Origin: Armatimonadota bacterium
Lineage (GTDB): Bacteria; Armatimonadota; Hebobacteria; CAIYQO01
Direction: 5' to 3'
NCBI GenBank assembly: GCA_038248345.1
Contig: JBBRXO010000001.1
Span: 32,001-96,000, forward strand
DNA: 64,000 nucleotides
In this document: piece by piece, positions 59,195-64,000 of the stretch
Layout of the letters: every line of letters starts with the position of its first letter
How positions within the stretch are numbered: the first letter of the stretch is position 1
Notes under the pieces: generated by a model
What the model saw: the letters and a program-made list of their open reading frames with translations, nothing else
Databases searched by the model: none
Told to the model about the DNA's origin: nothing
Made by a program: the position numbers and the translations under genes

Positions 59195-59560
59195 ATGTTC
59201 TCGTTGGATACACTACCAGATTTGTTGTTTTTTTTCTTTTCTCGGTATATGGCCGTTTTTTCGATGCTTACCGCATTAATCTATGTATCTATCGCCTATG
59301 CACGCACAAGCAAATTCGCCGCAGTACGTGATGGCCTGACCTATATAGCGGCAATTGCCGTACTTGGCGTCGTGCTTCTGTTCATACCGAAAGAAAATTA
59401 TTTCTTCATTTGGCAGATGGTACTCTGGTTCACCTTCACCATGCTTCTGGTTCTGGAAATGCTCTGGTTCGCCTACCTGTTGGTGTCGTTAATGGATCTG
59501 GCAAAAATCGCCGCACATCGGCACGCCAACCAAAATAGCTCCCGCATAAAAGACCACTAG
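59195..59560 (+). CDS. Small integral membrane hypothetical protein
   Basis: GGAGG RBS; about three hydrophobic helices. Confidence 0.55.
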   Translation: MFSLDTLPDLLFFFFSRYMAVFSMLTALIYVSIAYARTSKFAAVRDGLTYIAAIAVLGVVLLFIPKENYFFIWQMVLWFTFTMLLVLEMLWFAYLLVSLMDLAKIAAHRHANQNSSRIKDH

Positions 59561-59761
59561 GCCACAAATCCCAAGCTTCCGACAAAAAATCACTTTTAAT
59601 CTCCTCAATAATTTATCAATTGTGCGGAAAATCTGCCAATCATTGCTAATTTTTGCCAATTTTTGTAGACTTCGTATTTATTTTACGTTATAATGTAGCT
59701 AACTTCTTTACAATGTGCAGGATATATTGGCGTGTTGGAGGATGTTAATACGGAGAGTTTT

Positions 59762-60694
59762 ATGACTGGCACAAAATCATCGTTGATAAATAAATTGACG
59801 ACGATGTTAACTATTAGATTATTTGAGGAAAAAGTGGACGAGCTATTCGCCGCTGGGGAGTTGAAGGGCACCTCGCATCTGGCCGCGGGCCAGGAGGCAA
59901 CTGCAGTTGGAGCATCTTTCGCGCTAAACAAAGATGACTATGTCACTTCCAACCATCGGGGGCACGGCCATTTTATCGCACGCGGCGGCAGGCCAGATAG
60001 AATTATGGCGGAGTTGTTCGGTCGGGAGACTGGTTACTCCAGTGGGCACGGTGGGACGCAGCATATGGCTGACTTTTCGCTGGGCTTCTTGGGGATGAAC
60101 GGCATCACTGGTGGTATGCTCCCTATCGCTGTAGGTGCGGCATTTTCTGCCAAGTATCATGGGGATAATAAAGTTTCCTTGGCCTTCTTCGGCGATGGAG
60201 CCAGTAACCAGGGGACATTCCATGAGTCGATGAACCTGGCCGCCTGCTACCGCTTGCCGGTAATCTTTTTTTGTGAAAATAACCTGTATGCCATGAGTAC
60301 CCCGGCACGTGAGATGGTGAGTGTGCAAAACATCGCCGACCGTGCTATAGGATATGGTATGCCGGGTATCACGGTAGACGGCAACGATGTAGATGCCGTT
60401 TTCGCCGCCACGGCGCAAGCTGTGACGAGAGCTCGACAAGGAGAAGGACCGACCTTGATCGAGGCAAAAACCTACCGTATATTGGGCCACTCGCGCGGGG
60501 ATTTGCGCGTGTATCGAACGCGAGAGGAAGAGGCAGAATGGGCGACACTGGATCCAATAGCCCTTTATTCGCAGAAGCTTCTCACGCAAGGAGAAATTAC
60601 CGAGAATGCTTGGGTGCATCTGCGTGAAGATACGCAGCGAATCATTGACGATTCAGTTGAATTTGCTCGCAGGAGCGCGGTAGTGGTGGGATAA
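59762..60694 (+). CDS. TPP-dependent dehydrogenase E1 alpha subunit (PdhA/AcoA family)
   Basis: GQEA, NHRGHGH, GDGASNQG...ENN (TPP motif), VDGND and TYRILGHS motifs. Confidence 0.9.
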   Translation: MTGTKSSLINKLTTMLTIRLFEEKVDELFAAGELKGTSHLAAGQEATAVGASFALNKDDYVTSNHRGHGHFIARGGRPDRIMAELFGRETGYSSGHGGTQHMADFSLGFLGMNGITGGMLPIAVGAAFSAKYHGDNKVSLAFFGDGASNQGTFHESMNLAACYRLPVIFFCENNLYAMSTPAREMVSVQNIADRAIGYGMPGITVDGNDVDAVFAATAQAVTRARQGEGPTLIEAKTYRILGHSRGDLRVYRTREEEAEWATLDPIALYSQKLLTQGEITENAWVHLREDTQRIIDDSVEFARRSAVVVG

Positions 60695-60866
60695 GGAAAT
60701 CCCGCATGCAGGATGTAACTAGAAATAACGCGGTGTAGTCTTTGCTATTTGCCACGGTACTTATGCTGTCTTTCCGCATGTTGTACGTGAATATTTACAA
60801 TTAGCAGTACCAGAACCTGGATGAGCATTTCCCCGTATGTATACCAGGGAAAAAAGATAGGAGAAA

Positions 60867-62000
60867 ATGACCATGAAAAACCCAATTCGCATCGAGCCTT
60901 CCATTTGGGAAGGTGACACCAGAATGCCCGCCTCCTGGCGCGTGCTCGCAGGACTACTACGTGGCGACTCACTGGGGCAAGCTGATCTGCGCAACCGAAC
61001 CGGTCTCAGCCATCCAGTAATCGTTCAACAGGTCGCACAGCTTCGTCGTGCTGGGCTGATCACATTCGGTGCACCAATCAGCGGCCAGCCCGGTCGTCCT
61101 CGCGTACCGATGACCTTCAATTGGAATTTCCGTCGCCTGTTGGCCGTGGAAGTTCATTCCTCCGGCATCACCGTGCAGGCTACTGACCTGCGGGGCGAAC
61201 TGCAGGGAAGCATCAGCACCGGCACCATCGCCGAATGGTCGACTGAAGGCATCAAAAAAGCGATCATCAAGGCTGTACGCACTGCTATCCGCAGTAGCGG
61301 CTCTCCCTTCGCAGCTATTGGCATTGTCATCCCAGGCATCATCAGCGCTGACCATCAGGTCGCTGTCAGCTGCCTCGACGTTGCTGACTGGGCTGATGTT
61401 AACCTCGGCGAAGAGCTCACTGCCGAATTCAACATCAAGGTACTATTAGAGAATGATGCTAACGCTCTGGCGTTGGCCCTGGCCTCTAACCCCGATGAAG
61501 ATACCGACAGTATCCTTGCCATCAGCATGCGCCAACAGGTGCAAGTAGGCCTGGGCATGATCTTCAATGGCCGGGTAATTCGTGGCATACACGCTGGCTC
61601 CTTTGGCAACACTCCTGTCGAAAATGGAACATTGGAGACTCTGCTACGCGCCAGCCGCACCGATGAAGGCAAACGCAATGATGCGTTAGTCGCACTCTTC
61701 GACAAAATCGCTGACCTGGTCACCGCTATCAACCCGAAAAACCTGGTGATGCAGGGCGATGATCGCTGGTCTGAAGATGATCTCACTATCCTGCGTGCTA
61801 CCCTGGAAGCTCGTTGCTACGCTCCGGCATTCGCTGATCTGACATTGGAATACCGCCAGAACGCTCCTATTGAAAGCCTGACCGGTATCACCAGCCTGCT
61901 CTCCGACTACGTACTCAACCTGGAAAATGGATTGATTACCAGTTGGAGCGTAACTGAACAGCCAGCTGCTGCCGCCAAGCGCACCCCTTTCATCCGCTAA
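60867..62000 (+). CDS. ROK family transcriptional regulator
   Basis: N-terminal HTH (TGLSHP), GRPR, TDLRG, IGIVIPG and LENDAN motifs. The ExGH/Cys zinc motif is absent. Confidence 0.8.
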   Translation: MTMKNPIRIEPSIWEGDTRMPASWRVLAGLLRGDSLGQADLRNRTGLSHPVIVQQVAQLRRAGLITFGAPISGQPGRPRVPMTFNWNFRRLLAVEVHSSGITVQATDLRGELQGSISTGTIAEWSTEGIKKAIIKAVRTAIRSSGSPFAAIGIVIPGIISADHQVAVSCLDVADWADVNLGEELTAEFNIKVLLENDANALALALASNPDEDTDSILAISMRQQVQVGLGMIFNGRVIRGIHAGSFGNTPVENGTLETLLRASRTDEGKRNDALVALFDKIADLVTAINPKNLVMQGDDRWSEDDLTILRATLEARCYAPAFADLTLEYRQNAPIESLTGITSLLSDYVLNLENGLITSWSVTEQPAAAAKRTPFIR

Positions 62001-62021
62001 TAATATGATGAGAGGATAATG

Positions 62022-62064
62022 AAATACCGGAGCAGGATATTTTACCTGTTCCGGTATTTTTTTT
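62022..62064 (+). terminator. Intrinsic terminator after the ROK gene
   Basis: AAATACCGGAGCAGG...CCTGTTCCGGTA followed by T8. Confidence 0.8.
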
Positions 62065-62100
62065 GAAATTTCATTTCCCATTGCTTTACTGGAAGTAGCT

Positions 62101-62144
62101 ACAGTTCACCCCCGGTACATATAAAACGTCCGGGGGTGAACTGT
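62101..62144 (-). terminator. Hairpin after the last gene (probable terminator)
   Basis: Perfect 15-bp stem ACAGTTCACCCCCGG/CCGGGGGTGAACTGT. Confidence 0.6.
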
Positions 62145-62151
62145 CTAAGGA

Positions 62152-63999
62152 CTAGTTTTGCAGACTGAAGAAGAGGACATCCGCCAATGCGGCGCTGTCT
62201 TCACCTTGCCAGGTTTTATGGTTTACTTCAGTTGTCGCCGTAGGAGCTACCGTTTTAGGCTCCTTTGGCGCTTGCGGTGCCGGTGCGGTGACACCGGCGG
62301 CGTTCTTCGGTGGTGTCGGAGGAGTTACCGGCTTTACTACCGGTTTGCCACCGATGGTCAGCTTTTTCGTCAGCACATTCCCCGCTAGATCCTTCACCTG
62401 CAGGGTGAGCTTATGCTCTCCGCCAGTGAGGGTCACCTTGCCATCCGGTGAGATCAGCAATACCCACTCTTCTTTGGAATTAAAGATGCCATCTTCAGCG
62501 ACCAGCGCGATCCATTGACCATTATCGAGTTGGTAGCGCCCACCTACGATTGTGCAGAGGTTATCCTCCACATTTAAGCGACTCACCTCGTCCCAATTCG
62601 CTACATTATCCGCTACATCAATTACTGGCGGAGTATTGTCGATAATGAACGGAGTTGAGATACTCTCGGCTGCTTTGGCATCTGTCGGTTTGGCGTATTT
62701 ATCGCTGGCAACGATCTTTAAGCAATAAATACCGTCAGCAGCTTTTTTGGTATCCCACATAAAGTTCGGCACGAAGGTCTCGGTTTTGCTGGTGGATTCC
62801 TCTGAGGTAGCGGATATCCCGTCCGGACTGTCGGTGCTTGTCTCGCCATTAGGTTCATTCTCATTTGATGTGTCACTGCTGGCATCAGGATCAGCCGTGA
62901 CTTCTGCATCGTCAGGTATTGCGTCGACATTGTTAACATCAACTTGCTTGGTAATATCTGCCTTCGCATGCTTGTTGACTTTACCCGCTTTAGGATCAAC
63001 TGGCGACTTGACAACAGTTGTGGCGGGTTTCGGTTTCGGTTCCGGCTTCGCCAATTTCACTTCTACCGGTACCCAAGTTTTGCCATCATCGCTGGTGGAG
63101 AATACAGTGTAGACGACTTTGTCGCCATCAATATCACGCCCCATCCATCTAACGTTATGCTTCTCATGCCAGATACTGCCCGCTGGGACGGTAATCATAA
63201 CGATCGGTACATTGTTCAACGGCAGGTAATGAACTTTAACGAAGTCCATATTGGGTGATGCTGCTCCGGTACCTGTCAGAGTAACACGCAGCTGTGAATT
63301 AGGGGCAGGAGCACTGGTGAGCGTGTCGCCATCTTTGCCGATGAGCGCAAAGTTGCTCCATGTTTCATCCGGGGTTGCGGTGAGGCCACCACGTGTCTCC
63401 ACGACAATCTGCTGTTTATCTTTGACCGTCGAACGAATCTCAACCTGACCCCATTTGGAAACGGAAGGTACGGTAAGGACGTGTGAAATAAAGGTTCCGC
63501 TTGTGCGCGGTTCCATTTTCAATACTTGCGAGGGGGCTGAAGTTACTGCAAAGAGCTCACCCTTCGCTGACACAGCCATGGCATTGACCATAATAGATTC
63601 TGGCCCAACGGAAGCGTTCTCGTCGGTACCGTCGCGCAGATCCTGTCGAGCATAGACGGGGATAACCACCGGTTCTACATCCATAGGTTTTTCGATGCAG
63701 TACAATCCGCCGCCTGGTGAGCTACTGGCATACAGGACTTCGCCGATCATCTTTATGTCGGTTATTGAGTCTTCATTGCCAATTCCGCGCATAATAACTT
63801 TGCGTGTTCCATTAGGCAACACGCGAGAGATACTGTTATTCGAGGCAGAACCGATGAAGAGCGTCCCGTCAGCCGCAACCAGCAGGCTGGCAACTGGGCC
63901 TTCACCCTCACATACTGCTTCCAGGTATCCTTCTTTATTGAGCCGATAGACCTTTCCGCGTGGTGAGGTCGCAAGGTAAAGAGTTTTGCCCGGCCCCGC
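62152..63999 (-). CDS. Large beta-propeller/Ig-like protein, 5' end outside the window
   Basis: The frame stays open to the window edge (LYLATSPRGKVY, LFIGS). ETRGG...PDETWS, WDTK..ADGIY..KIVASD and IDNTPP motifs. Confidence 0.7.
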   Translation of the reverse strand, partial: AGPGKTLYLATSPRGKVYRLNKEGYLEAVCEGEGPVASLLVAADGTLFIGSASNNSISRVLPNGTRKVIMRGIGNEDSITDIKMIGEVLYASSSPGGGLYCIEKPMDVEPVVIPVYARQDLRDGTDENASVGPESIMVNAMAVSAKGELFAVTSAPSQVLKMEPRTSGTFISHVLTVPSVSKWGQVEIRSTVKDKQQIVVETRGGLTATPDETWSNFALIGKDGDTLTSAPAPNSQLRVTLTGTGAASPNMDFVKVHYLPLNNVPIVMITVPAGSIWHEKHNVRWMGRDIDGDKVVYTVFSTSDDGKTWVPVEVKLAKPEPKPKPATTVVKSPVDPKAGKVNKHAKADITKQVDVNNVDAIPDDAEVTADPDASSDTSNENEPNGETSTDSPDGISATSEESTSKTETFVPNFMWDTKKAADGIYCLKIVASDKYAKPTDAKAAESISTPFIIDNTPPVIDVADNVANWDEVSRLNVEDNLCTIVGGRYQLDNGQWIALVAEDGIFNSKEEWVLLISPDGKVTLTGGEHKLTLQVKDLAGNVLTKKLTIGGKPVVKPVTPPTPPKNAAGVTAPAPQAPKEPKTVAPTATTEVNHKTWQGEDSAALADVLFFSLQN

Positions 64000-64000
64000 T

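Noticed and set aside
59134..59331. Ser-rich 65-aa ORF and GTA trinucleotide run
   Set aside because: Low complexity, and it overlaps a better ORF that has a GGAGG RBS.

Overview
A 64-kb bacterial chromosomal segment in the standard genetic code (TGA, TAA and TAG all end intact genes). The response regulator and several conserved hypotheticals tentatively suggest Armatimonadota, but this is unverified. Most genes are housekeeping: galE, a four-tRNA cluster (Pro-Gly-Arg-His), proS, ftsH, uppS-cdsA, an MGDG-type glycosyltransferase, an AddA-like helicase-nuclease, sua5/tsaC, mnmE, dprA, thiL, mutS and an orphan E1-alpha. The accessory material includes: (i) a lasso-peptide B1-B2-C operon at the left edge with no canonical precursor in view; (ii) a Schlafen/AlbA_2 nuclease fused to a probable Ig-like domain, with a 198-bp MITE (14-bp perfect TIRs, direct repeats) at its stop codon; (iii) a coiled-coil NYN RNase divergent from a J-domain protein; (iv) a four-helix-bundle (IVP/Avd-like) gene boxed by inverted 8-mer repeat arrays between two convergent stop codons; (v) a GH151-like glycosidase next to three secreted beta-propeller/esterase genes; (vi) a GAF-HisKA_2 protein with a degenerate ATPase domain; (vii) a DUF1778-GNAT toxin-antitoxin pair; and (viii) many small palindromic or tandem-repeat elements at gene 3' ends. 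I saw no CRISPR array, rRNA, integrase or transposase. All family calls are from motif recognition by eye; no searches were run.
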